From positions 416,001 to 480,000 of the forward strand of contig CBDBHR010000029.1 in NCBI GenBank assembly GCA_965205865.1: a stretch of DNA of 64,000 bases, read 5' to 3'. The stretch is from a bacterium (lineage in GTDB: Bacteria; SAR324; NAC60-12). The notes beneath the pieces are model-generated. The model searched no databases. It worked only from the letters and a program-made list of their open reading frames with translations, and had not been told where the DNA came from. This document shows, piece after piece, positions 40,502 through 49,646 of this stretch. The position numbers were made by a program, and so were the translations under genes. Each line of letters starts with the position of its first letter. Position 1 is the stretch's first letter.

Positions 40502-41068
40502 CTACATCCGCTGATTATGGGCCAGGGCCATGAATTCGGCCCGCACGGTACTATGGCTGAGGAAGCAACCCAATAACGTGCTGGTTGTCATCAGCCCCTC
40601 ATGTTTCACTCCTCGCATTTCCATACACAAATGAGAAGCTTTGACAATCACCCCGACTCCCTGGGGTTGCAGCATTTTTTCAAGATAGGTTGCGATCTCA
40701 CTGGTAAGGTGCTCCTGGACTTGCGGCTTTCTTGAAAAAAAATCGACAGTTCGGGAAAGCTTGGAAAGTCCGCACAGCCTCTTGTTGGGAATATAGGCTA
40801 CTGTTGCTTCACCAATGAAAGGCAAAAGATGGTGAGCACAGAGTGATTGAACTGGAATGTGCTGTAAGATGATCATGCCCGGCTGATCCTCCTCCGTCAT
40901 GGGAAACGTCGTCAAATTGAAGGATTCTCTTCCCAATCCAACACACAACTCCTCTGTCCATGCTTTGGCAATACGTTCCGGACTTTTATTCAAATGTGGG
41001 CTGTCCAGATCCATTCCCAATCCTTCCAATACGAGAATAAATCCCTCTTTTACCTTTTCGTACTCCAT
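40502..41068 (-). CDS. folE: GTP cyclohydrolase I
   Basis: SLCAHHLLPF, GLSKL.R, QVQE, HLCMEMRGV. Confidence 0.95.
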   Translation of the reverse strand: MEYEKVKEGFILVLEGLGMDLDSPHLNKSPERIAKAWTEELCVGLGRESFNLTTFPMTEEDQPGMIILQHIPVQSLCAHHLLPFIGEATVAYIPNKRLCGLSKLSRTVDFFSRKPQVQEHLTSEIATYLEKMLQPQGVGVIVKASHLCMEMRGVKHEGLMTTSTLLGCFLSHSTVRAEFMALAHNQRM

Positions 41069-41129
41069 TGTCACCTTTCCAAAAAAACAGATTAGATTCG
41101 TTAATCAGTAGCTTGTGATTTTCTGTTTT

Positions 41130-41210
41130 TGCCGTTCCAGGCTTGACCGGGAATCCAGGGGCATACCGCATTATGCGCTTTCCGGACCCCGGATTGAGTC
41201 AGAGACGACA
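41130..41210. repeat. Degenerate REP-like palindrome upstream of folE
   Basis: GCCGTTCCAGGCTTGACCGGGAATCC...GGACCCCGGATTGAGTCAGAGACGACA, related in layout to 60191..60270. Confidence 0.5.
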
Positions 41211-41361
41211 AATTATTGAAATCATTAATTATTCTAAAAACAGCAGAAAAAATCACACCCAACCATTAAAGTGGATTTCAATTTTCGACGTTTAAAATAC
41301 AGTCTGTCAACACCAATCGCATCATGTTGATGCGAAACTTCACATATGGCGACCAAACTTA

Positions 41362-42287
41362 GAACTTATCCTTAAATAACATTAACTTTCCGGTAAGTTA
41401 TGATAGCTGCAGCCAATTGAAGCAGTGCGAGATAAGTTTGATTATATTTTTCGAATCGGACCATTATCTTGCGAAATCTGTTGAACCATGAATGGCTCAC
41501 CTCGACGACCCATCTTCTGGGTCTGTATTGGGGATTTGCTTTTTTTTCTTGAATCTCTTCACCCCGTTTTTTCACATGTGGCACATAATCATTGGATCGA
41601 ATGATCTGTGATGCTGGCTCACCGTGGTAGCCTTTGTCTGTGCACAGGTGTTGTTCAATGCCCTCAGGCCGCGCAATGACGATTTCCTCCAAGACCAATT
41701 CCAACTGTGTCACATCATGCCGGTTCGCCCCGGTTACGACGAGGGACAGCGGGACACCACGGCCGTCAACCAGCAAATGACGCTTGCTCCCTTTTTTTTC
41801 CCCTGTCAGTCGGGTTTCGACCAACGGTTTCCTGAGCCAGTGGGGCTTTGACAGTCGTGCCGTCTATGCTTTGCCATTTCCAGGAGATCCCTTCCATCTC
41901 ATCATATTCGGCAAGTCCGGCTTGCCAAAGCGACAAAAAGAAACCCGCTTCATTCCAACGCATGAAATGAGCATGGATGGCACTAGGACTCCCATATTTT
42001 TCCTTGGGAAGGGCTCTCCATTGACAACCGGTGCGCAAAACATATACAATTCCCTCGAAAATTTGGCGCGCAGGCATTGGCTTTCTACCACCACCGGGTT
42101 TGCGCATGTAGGTCTTGTTCGGGTCACGTTTGGGTTTTGGTATCAGTGGCTCCACTCTGGCCCAAAATGAATCAGATACTTCCCACGACTGTACTTTTGC
42201 CATATAGCCTCCATGCGTTTATGGTTGAACATGATGACAAAAATAATGCAGGAAATACCAATTTTCAAGTTATTAAAGGATAAGTTC
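41362..42287 (-). mobile_element. IS5-family insertion sequence (926 bp), two-ORF transposase
   Basis: TIR GAACTTATCCTT(A/T)AATAAC; TTA duplicated on both sides; orfA 41766..42203 and orfB 41372..41824. Confidence 0.92.
41372..42203 (-). CDS. IS5-family transposase, -1 frameshift at A8 run (41792-41799)
   Basis: VLRTGCQW, IDGT in orfA; KRHLLVD, DKGY, RWVVE in orfB; GGGGAAAAAAAAGGG overlap. Confidence 0.9.
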
Positions 42288-42652
42288 TTAATCATTTGCC
42301 CCAACACTTGAAGGCCTTCCAACGCTTCTTCAGTAACTAATTGATCTTTGTAAACGGAATTGTCGCCGCGGACCAAGAACGAGCCATCTTACATTCACTG
42401 CAATCTTTTGGCGATCAATAAATCATCCCATCTGAAATGGAAATGAAATCATTTTTCATTCCTGTTTGACAAAGGTCAATCGTAACTATTCGGGTTTCTT
42501 CAGAGAATTCTTCGATTTTGGCAAGCATTTTTCGTAGCATTAAGTCCAGACAAGGATACTATGCTCTCGAAAGTTCAAATATATATTGACTCCATATCAT
42601 CGACTCCCCACCATTTTTGGCTCATGCCGAAGATGGACCGCTAAATATTTTT

Positions 42653-43790
42653 CGGAATGATAGACAAAAAGGCTTGGCATATACTTGGAATCTACTATGA
42701 TAGATTCAAATGAATTAAACAAGAATCTATCAGAGGAGATTGAAAATGAAAAGCACAAGTCTCATGGAAATAATCAATAAATTCCCAACAGAAGAAGAAG
42801 CACTGAAGCATCTTGAAAATCTACGATGGAGCGATAAACCAGAGTGTCCCTACTGTCATTCCCAGAAGGTGTCGAGACACAAAGAAAAGAACCAAAGAAG
42901 CCGGCTTCAATGTCAATCCTGCCATCGTTCTTTTTCGGCAACCGTCAATACGATCTTCCATAACAGCAAACTTTCCTTGAGAAAATGGTTCCTGGGGATC
43001 GTTCTCGTTTTGAATGCCAAGAAATCAATTTCAAACCGTCAACTCGGAAGAGACTTGGATTTGAGTGTCAAAACTGCCTGGTCATTCGGGAAACGAATCC
43101 GGGAAGCCATGGGAAAAGATGGCGAGCAACAACGTCTATTCAAAGGAATCGTCGAGATGGATGAAACCTATGTCGGAGGAAAGCCCAGGAAGGAGAACAA
43201 GAAGGAAGACAGGGATGATGACAACAAGCGTGGTAGGGGAACAAAAAAGCTTCCTGTTGTAGGTATTGCGGAGCGTAAGGGGGGAGTTGCGGCAGAGCTC
43301 TTTGATGACAAGTCCTTATCGAACAAGAATTTCAAAGAGATGCTGAAGGAGCACGTTGACCTGGCGAAGGCTGTTTTGATGACGGATCAATATTCAGGGT
43401 ACCGAGCAATGAAAGATGAAATATTTCATTATTCTGTTGATCATGAAAAGCAATTCGTAGACGGGAATATCCACACAAACACGATTGAGAGTTTTTGGAG
43501 TCTTTTAAAACGCGCATGGTATGGCCAACATCACTGGTATAGTCGTCGGTATGCGCATCTTTATATCGGCGAATCATGCTTCAAATACAACCATAGACGC
43601 AATGAAAACATGTTCACCGATACCTTGAAACTTTGCCTGGGGGGTTGATATTGACAAAAAATAAACGCCGTGAGATCGTTAAACCTCACGACGTTACAAA
43701 TGAGCGGATTGCAGAAAGGAATATGCTATTAGTCAAGGAAAGAGACCTAACTTACCATTAATCGCTTAAGCCTTAATGTCTATCATTCCG
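42653..43790 (+). mobile_element. IS1595-family insertion sequence (1138 bp)
   Basis: TIR CGGAATGATAGACA..AAGGCTT / AAGCCTT..TGTCTATCATTCCG; 8-bp duplication ATATTTTT. Confidence 0.93.
42746..43648 (+). CDS. IS1595-family transposase
   Basis: Zn ribbon CPYC..CQSC, EMDETY, MTD, HTNTIESFW. Confidence 0.93.
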   Translation: MKSTSLMEIINKFPTEEEALKHLENLRWSDKPECPYCHSQKVSRHKEKNQRSRLQCQSCHRSFSATVNTIFHNSKLSLRKWFLGIVLVLNAKKSISNRQLGRDLDLSVKTAWSFGKRIREAMGKDGEQQRLFKGIVEMDETYVGGKPRKENKKEDRDDDNKRGRGTKKLPVVGIAERKGGVAAELFDDKSLSNKNFKEMLKEHVDLAKAVLMTDQYSGYRAMKDEIFHYSVDHEKQFVDGNIHTNTIESFWSLLKRAWYGQHHWYSRRYAHLYIGESCFKYNHRRNENMFTDTLKLCLGG

Positions 43791-44143
43791 ATATTTTTTT
43801 ATAGCTGAGCTCCTTTGTTGCGCAATTTTCCTGATCCAAACTTGCTATAGGCTTTGCGCCGCGTAGTAGTGCTGAAATCATGCCTTGTTGTTTTAGGGAA
43901 GGAGAGGATTTCCGCTCGATTGAACAATACCGTGGGAGGGTTCCCACCCGATCGATTGAACAATACCGTGGGAGGACGTGAAAACGATTGATCTTCCCCG
44001 GGAATCTTTTTTAAACGATATTGAACTAAACGGGTTTTTCAGAGACCTGAATAGTTACAATTTTTGAATATATCTATGGAGAACAGTGCTATAGAAAAAA
44101 TAATCCGCTCCGACACGATCCCGCCTATCCGAATTTTAGCCGG

Positions 44144-45603
44144 GATCGATATCTTTACTCTTGAAGGAGAGCACGCAGCCGTTCGACTTCCACAAGCGCG
44201 TTTTCTTTTTCTTGTCGCTCTTGTTCTTTTTCTTGTCGCTCTTGTTCTTCTCTTTGCAAGGCGTTTTCTTTTTCTTGTCGCTCTTTTTCTTCTCTTTGCA
44301 AGGCGTTTTCTTTTTCTTGTCGCTCTTTTTCTTCTCTTTGCAAGGCGTTTTCTTTTTCTTGTCGCTCTTGTTGGAAGCTTTTCAAGAGGAACGGCTGGTA
44401 GAGGGGATCATCGATTAATTTTTCAAAGGCCACCTGTTTTTCTAAATCCTGAAGACGAAATGCGAATCGATCCAAGACCCGGGAATGAATCACGCCGGGC
44501 TCTTTGCTCTTCATCTTTTCATAAACCCCCTGCTCATTGAGAGCATAGAAGGCGGTATGGTTGCGCAAACGGTCTAATATAAAATATTCCGCTACCTCCG
44601 CTTTGGCGTATTCTTCTTTTTTGTGAACCGTATCCCGTTCCACCTCCGAGGGAGTCGAGTCGGATAAAAACTCTATACAGAGGTCACACACCCCATCAAA
44701 CGAACGATCCAACTGTTTGGCCTCGACAGGATTGGAGTGAAGAATCACGGCCAGATCCGGTTTGCGAATACTCACCTTTTTCTTTCCCAGTTCCAAACGA
44801 AAGCCCATTTCCAATGCCATGATTCGCCCTTGAGGGAAGACGGTTAAATATTCTTCTAATAAGCGCAAGAACCATTGATACAGAGAGATGCTTAAAAAAT
44901 CTGGCATGGGCTTTTCCTCCAAGAGTCCATTGTTCCATTCATATTGACAATCCAGGTGTTCATAGTAGGTCTTCCAATACTCTGCCTCACTCACCCTGAG
45001 GGGCTCCCTGGCAGAGGGAGGAAAGCGTGTTGGAGTTGTGTGTTTTTTGATGGATTCTAAAGAAGCCATGAGTTCCTCAATGGGAATGAGAAGTGAAATT
45101 TGTCGTCTTTTCAAAAGAATAACACATTGTGCGGAGGACAGCAATTTCTTGCGTCGTCTGTTCAGCAGGGAATCTGAGAAAAGATATTTGATAGAGTTGC
45201 TCGCAATGACTAGTTCTGCTTCTCAAATTAAACAGAACCACTGCCCTAAAAACCCCCCCCCCAAAAAAAAAATCAAAAAAATAATCCAAAGTGCATATTT
45301 ATCTTGATTTCATGATGATGATGATAATTCATACTTTGTGCCATAGGATTGCCGGAGAAAGAGATAAAATGAAAAAAATTATCTCTTGCCGGGAATCTTT
45401 TGTTCCTCATCCGGGCGTTCGAGCACCCGTTCTTTCGATGGGCTCAATGGCTGGGTGAAGTATTGTCAATCTCTTGTATAAGGAGTTATCATGGACATGT
45501 ATTTCAAGCAACTTTTTGCCCCTCTCGTGGGGCTGAACCCGGCAGGCGTTTGGTCTGCTGCAAAACTGCAATCTTTATTGCTCACCCTCACCCTGATGGT
45601 GAC
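44144..45603. repeat. 1.46-kb duplicated module, copy 1 (Uma2 gene, divergent intergenic region, SBP N-terminus)
   Basis: Near-identical to 51253..52669; the 43-bp length difference equals 42 bp of Uma2 tail repeat plus small homopolymer indels. Confidence 0.95.
44155..45069 (-). CDS. Uma2-family (PD-(D/E)XK-like) putative endonuclease with coiled-coil repeat tail
   Basis: YEWNNG.LEEKPM, RKPDLAV, CIEFLS, RD..HKKEEYA...V.EYFILD; ERQEKENALQREEK repeats. Confidence 0.85.
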   Translation of the reverse strand: MASLESIKKHTTPTRFPPSAREPLRVSEAEYWKTYYEHLDCQYEWNNGLLEEKPMPDFLSISLYQWFLRLLEEYLTVFPQGRIMALEMGFRLELGKKKVSIRKPDLAVILHSNPVEAKQLDRSFDGVCDLCIEFLSDSTPSEVERDTVHKKEEYAKAEVAEYFILDRLRNHTAFYALNEQGVYEKMKSKEPGVIHSRVLDRFAFRLQDLEKQVAFEKLIDDPLYQPFLLKSFQQERQEKENALQREEKERQEKENALQREEKERQEKENALQREEQERQEKEQERQEKENALVEVERLRALLQE

Positions 45604-47293
45604 AGCCTTTTGGGTCAGTCCGGCTGCCGCCCAGAAGTATGTGACCGACCCCAGCACAGGTAAGGTCGTGACCGCTCCGGAGTATGGCGGGACATTGACC
45701 TTCGTCCGAAAAGAAGAGCCGGCGGGTCCTGACACCGTGGTCTCTGGCGTATGGGCGCAAGCTTACGCCGCTGGCGTTTCAGAGAAGCTGGTCATGGCTG
45801 ACTGGGCAACGCCCAGGGACGAATTTGACTTCCAGTATCTCAACCCTCCAACAAACACGAAAGGGGCGCTGGCGGAAAGCTGGTCGCAGCCCGACCCCCT
45901 GACGTATATCGTCAAAGTCCGCCAGGGCGCGCATTGGCACAAGAAAGCCCCCATGAATGGCAGAGCGGTGACCGCCCAGGATATCGTGATCAACTATCAC
46001 CGCATATTGGGGATGGGCAGCGGTTTCACCGAACCGAGCGAATTTGCTAATCAATTCAAAAATGCGCAAATGGAATCGATCACGGCCACCGACAAATCGA
46101 CGGTTGTTTTTAAGCTGAAGCAGCTACACCTCGGTGCGCTGAATGCGATCCTCAATGGCAACATCGCCTGGATCTACCCCCCCGAGGTCCTCGAGGAACA
46201 CGGGGACGTGACGGATTGGAAGAACCTGGTCGGCACCGGACCGATGATGCTGACGGACTGGACCAAAAGCAGCTCTATCACCTGGAAGAAGAATCCGGAC
46301 TACTGGGGCTTTGACGAAAAATACCCGCAGAACCGCTTGCCTTATATTGACCAGTTAAGGGCCCTGATTATGCCGGAAACGGCAACACAACTGGCAGCAA
46401 TACGCTCGGGTAAGGTTGATTACATAGGTCCGATCGGCGCAGCTCAAATGAGGACGCTCGACCAGGTAGAGAGCCTCCAGCGGACCAACCCCGAACTCGT
46501 GATATATCCATTTTACAATCGGTCGGATAATGGTATTGGTATGAACGTTCAGATAAAGCCCTTTGACGACATCAGGGTGCGCAAGGCCATGCAGATGGCG
46601 CTGAATCTCGAGGAGATCAACAACGCCTACTATAAGGGTTTTGCCGATATGACACCTCAGGGGCAGCTAAACCGTTCTTTTACAGAGGTTGTCACTCAAT
46701 TTGAAGATTGGCCAGCAGAGGTCAAGAAAGTCTTTGACTACGACCCGGAAGGGGCGAAAAAACTTCTGGCAGAAGCGGGCTATCCCAATGGCTTCGAGTC
46801 TGTGTTGATGCACATCGAGCGCTACGATTTGAACTATGTCCAATTACTCGCTTCCTATTGGAAAAAGATTGGCGTTGATGTGGAGATTGATGTACAGCCA
46901 GTAGCTGCATTCGTTACTAAAAGAAGCGCGAGGGATTTCGAAATGGTCAATGCGGAAGCGGCCGGGCGTGGATCCCCATTGGGATGGCAAAGTCGCTATA
47001 CGCCGGGCGTCCCATGGGGCAGCTCCAATGTCGACGACCCGGTTTATACAGCCAAGTTTGAAGCCGGCGGAGCCGCTACCACCATCGAGGAGCAGAACAG
47101 GATAGCTGGAGAGTTGAATCAGTATGGGATCGAGAAGTTTTGGACGATATGGGGTCCGATGGCTCCACAGTATCTGGCGATCCAGCCGTGGATCATAGGT
47201 TTTAACGCTGAACTGAATTTGGGAGAGGGTCAATATAACACCGTCTTCACCCGCCTCTGGATTGACCAGGAATTGAAGGACAGGACCCGGTAA
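45491..47293 (+). CDS. Family-5 SBP (SBP3)
   Basis: AAGGAG RBS; SPAAAQK signal end; LAESWSQPD, VGTGP, PFDDIRVRKAM. Confidence 0.93.
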   Translation: MDMYFKQLFAPLVGLNPAGVWSAAKLQSLLLTLTLMVTAFWVSPAAAQKYVTDPSTGKVVTAPEYGGTLTFVRKEEPAGPDTVVSGVWAQAYAAGVSEKLVMADWATPRDEFDFQYLNPPTNTKGALAESWSQPDPLTYIVKVRQGAHWHKKAPMNGRAVTAQDIVINYHRILGMGSGFTEPSEFANQFKNAQMESITATDKSTVVFKLKQLHLGALNAILNGNIAWIYPPEVLEEHGDVTDWKNLVGTGPMMLTDWTKSSSITWKKNPDYWGFDEKYPQNRLPYIDQLRALIMPETATQLAAIRSGKVDYIGPIGAAQMRTLDQVESLQRTNPELVIYPFYNRSDNGIGMNVQIKPFDDIRVRKAMQMALNLEEINNAYYKGFADMTPQGQLNRSFTEVVTQFEDWPAEVKKVFDYDPEGAKKLLAEAGYPNGFESVLMHIERYDLNYVQLLASYWKKIGVDVEIDVQPVAAFVTKRSARDFEMVNAEAAGRGSPLGWQSRYTPGVPWGSSNVDDPVYTAKFEAGGAATTIEEQNRIAGELNQYGIEKFWTIWGPMAPQYLAIQPWIIGFNAELNLGEGQYNTVFTRLWIDQELKDRTR

Positions 47294-47394
47294 TTGGCCG
47301 ACTAAAAGCACTCGTGGACCGGGCAGCACTGCCCGGTCTACTCCAGGATACCCCGCGTTTCCCCGCCCATTGCAAAAATGATGAGGTCTGTCCC

Positions 47395-48354
47395 ATGAGA
47401 GCCTATATGATCAGGCGGTTATTGCTGATCCTCCCCACCCTGTTTATCTTGAGCATCCTGGTTTTTCTTTCGGTGCGCTTTATCCCCGGCGATGTCATCG
47501 ACGTCCTGGAAGGTAGAATGGAATACGCAGAATCGGGGGGGATTGACCGGGAAGCGTTGGAGCGTCGGCTGGGATTGGATGTGCCTGCCTGGGTGCAGTA
47601 TGGACGCTGGATCGGCGATATTCTCCTGAACGCCTCTCTGGGCGAGTCCCTGCTGACCAGTTACGCGGTAGAGGAGGCAATCTTAGAGAGACTGCCGGTC
47701 ACCCTTGAACTGGGTGTCCTGGCCATCCTCATTGGGCTGGTGATCGCGCTGCCCGTGGGCATCTACTCAGCGATTCGCCAGGATACCGCCGCCGACTACC
47801 TGGGGCGCTCCCTGGCCATCATCGGCCTGGCCACGCCTAACTTCTGGCTGGGAATAATGGTCATGATCTACCCGGCCATCTGGTGGGGCTGGTCGCCCCC
47901 GCTGGAGCTGATTCCTTTCACGCAAGACCCGCTGGGGAATCTCTGGGGGTTCTTCATCCCCAGCCTGATTCTGGGAACGGCCTCGGCGGCTGCGACCATG
48001 CGGATGATGCGCACCATGATGCTGGAGGTGCTCCGGCAGGACTATATCCGCACCGCCTGGTCCAAGGGGCTCAGGGAGCGGGTTGTGGTGATCCGGCACA
48101 CCATCAAAAATGCCCTCATCCCGGTGGTGACCCTGATTGGTCTGCAGTTGCCGATCCTGGTTGGGGGTGCGGTGATCATGGAGAACATCTTCAACCTGCC
48201 AGGACTCGGTCGTCTCTTGGTCGATGCCCTCCAAACCCGAGACTACCCCATGGTCTCCGGAGTCAACCTGTTTTTCGCCACCGGAGTGGTGCTGCTCAAT
48301 CTCCTCATCGACCTGATTTATCCCTACCTGGACCCGAGGGTGCGCTATGAATAG
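47395..48354 (+). CDS. DppB/OppB-like permease, locus 3 (no dppC follows)
   Basis: MRAYMIRRLLLILPT...YLDPRVRYE. Confidence 0.93.
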   Translation: MRAYMIRRLLLILPTLFILSILVFLSVRFIPGDVIDVLEGRMEYAESGGIDREALERRLGLDVPAWVQYGRWIGDILLNASLGESLLTSYAVEEAILERLPVTLELGVLAILIGLVIALPVGIYSAIRQDTAADYLGRSLAIIGLATPNFWLGIMVMIYPAIWWGWSPPLELIPFTQDPLGNLWGFFIPSLILGTASAAATMRMMRTMMLEVLRQDYIRTAWSKGLRERVVVIRHTIKNALIPVVTLIGLQLPILVGGAVIMENIFNLPGLGRLLVDALQTRDYPMVSGVNLFFATGVVLLNLLIDLIYPYLDPRVRYE

Positions 48355-48519
48355 TCGCTGGCGCGAATAGCCTTGATATGAGCCATGCCACCGAGGCACC
48401 CTCCGCCGTCAGTAAGCCCAATATCAACCTCTTGGTATTCCTGAGTTTTTGACTCTTTTTCCATTTATTGCTTTGTAAATAGTGTCTGCATCCACCAAGA
48501 TTGCTTTAAATCGTCCTCG

Positions 48520-48662
48520 AAACAACGGTCAATGCCTTCTTCCAGCAAGAACTCAAAGTTCAGGTAGTCTGTTTTCTTGAAGAAAATCCGTGCCCCACCA
48601 TTGCCTCGCCGCATCGCATGATACACGGCCCCAGGATAATAAAATCTTGGTTTGCGTGCGAT
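48520..48662 (-). pseudogene. N-terminal fragment of a REP-associated (Y1/RAYT-like) tyrosine transposase
   Basis: ARKPRFYYPGAVYHAMRRGNGGARIFFKKTDY..F..LL; ATC at the expected start; truncated before the HUH motif. Confidence 0.7.
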
Positions 48663-49083
48663 CGCTCTTTTTGCAAAATCTCTACCACCGCTCCCAATCA
48701 CCCGAGGTCTCGGGAGGAGACCAGGACTCAATCCTATGTCTGTACCTTTTCTAACCGAATTAAATACCAATATGCAAACCTGGCCCCAATTTGCAATTTC
48801 AAGATTTCTAAAAAGATCTATTTTAAGGTAACATTAGCTTGTTCTTGATTTAAAATTGCTGTTCTAAATGCAAATGAGGAATTTAGTTTACCAATCATTT
48901 TTCACATTGACTTATTTTACGAATTCTAAGATAAGTTGAGCAATTTCTTTCCCTTTCCGAAGTTAAACGGAATTGATCATCGAAGCGATTGGTGTGAGCA
49001 ATAAAGGACAATAATTTTTTTGATGTGCCTGGAAAAAGAGGCAGAATGAGCAATTGTTGAAACGAATATTTGTGGAGAACATA

Positions 49084-49596
49084 ATGCAAGAACGCCCCGA
49101 ATTTATCAAACACTGTGAGGAATTGATTTCCAGCGAAACTTGGACCTATCCGGGAGATACCGAGACTTTTGGAACTCGCGCATTACTCAGTCGAAAACTT
49201 GGACTGAAAAGAGTGGCCATCAACTTGGCAGTACTGCAACCCGGAGATCGCAGTTCATGGCCGCATGCGCACAAAGAAGAGGAAGAGTTTATCTTTATTT
49301 TTAAGGGTCATCCGCAAGTTTGGGTTGATGGAAGAGTTTATGACCTGAGACCCGGCGACTGCGTCGGATTCCCCCCAGGTAGCGGTCATGCGCACACCCT
49401 GCTCAATAATTCGGAAAGCGTGGTCCTGGCCATCGTTGTTGGTGAGACGAAACCTGTCAACGAGAAACTATTTTATCCCATGCGCCCCAAAAGAAATGAG
49501 GAGATCCGGGAAAAAGGATTTTTCTGGGAAGGACGCCCGGAACGTGAATTTGGACCCCACGATGGATGGCCTGACAAGAAAAGGCCCGGCAATTAA
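49084..49596 (+). CDS. Cupin-domain protein
   Basis: PGDRSSWPHAHKEEEEF...G..VGFPPG..HAHTLLN. Confidence 0.88.
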   Translation: MQERPEFIKHCEELISSETWTYPGDTETFGTRALLSRKLGLKRVAINLAVLQPGDRSSWPHAHKEEEEFIFIFKGHPQVWVDGRVYDLRPGDCVGFPPGSGHAHTLLNNSESVVLAIVVGETKPVNEKLFYPMRPKRNEEIREKGFFWEGRPEREFGPHDGWPDKKRPGN

Positions 49597-49646
49597 TCTT
49601 CTATTCGATTGAAAATCACTGGCTCCATCTCAGATAAGAAGGGCTC

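Noticed and set aside
43916-43975. 24-bp direct repeat TCGATTGAACAATACCGTGGGAGG as a mini-CRISPR
   Set aside because: Only two copies with a 12-bp gap; looks like a local duplication
44064-44540. Hydrophobic repeat ORFs on the plus strand (also 51242..51607)
   Set aside because: Antisense reading of the Uma2 coiled-coil repeats
45310-45335. Fur box in the Uma2/SBP intergenic region
   Set aside because: GATGATGATAATTCATACT only partly matches GATAATGATAATCATTATC and is explained by a GAT microsatellite
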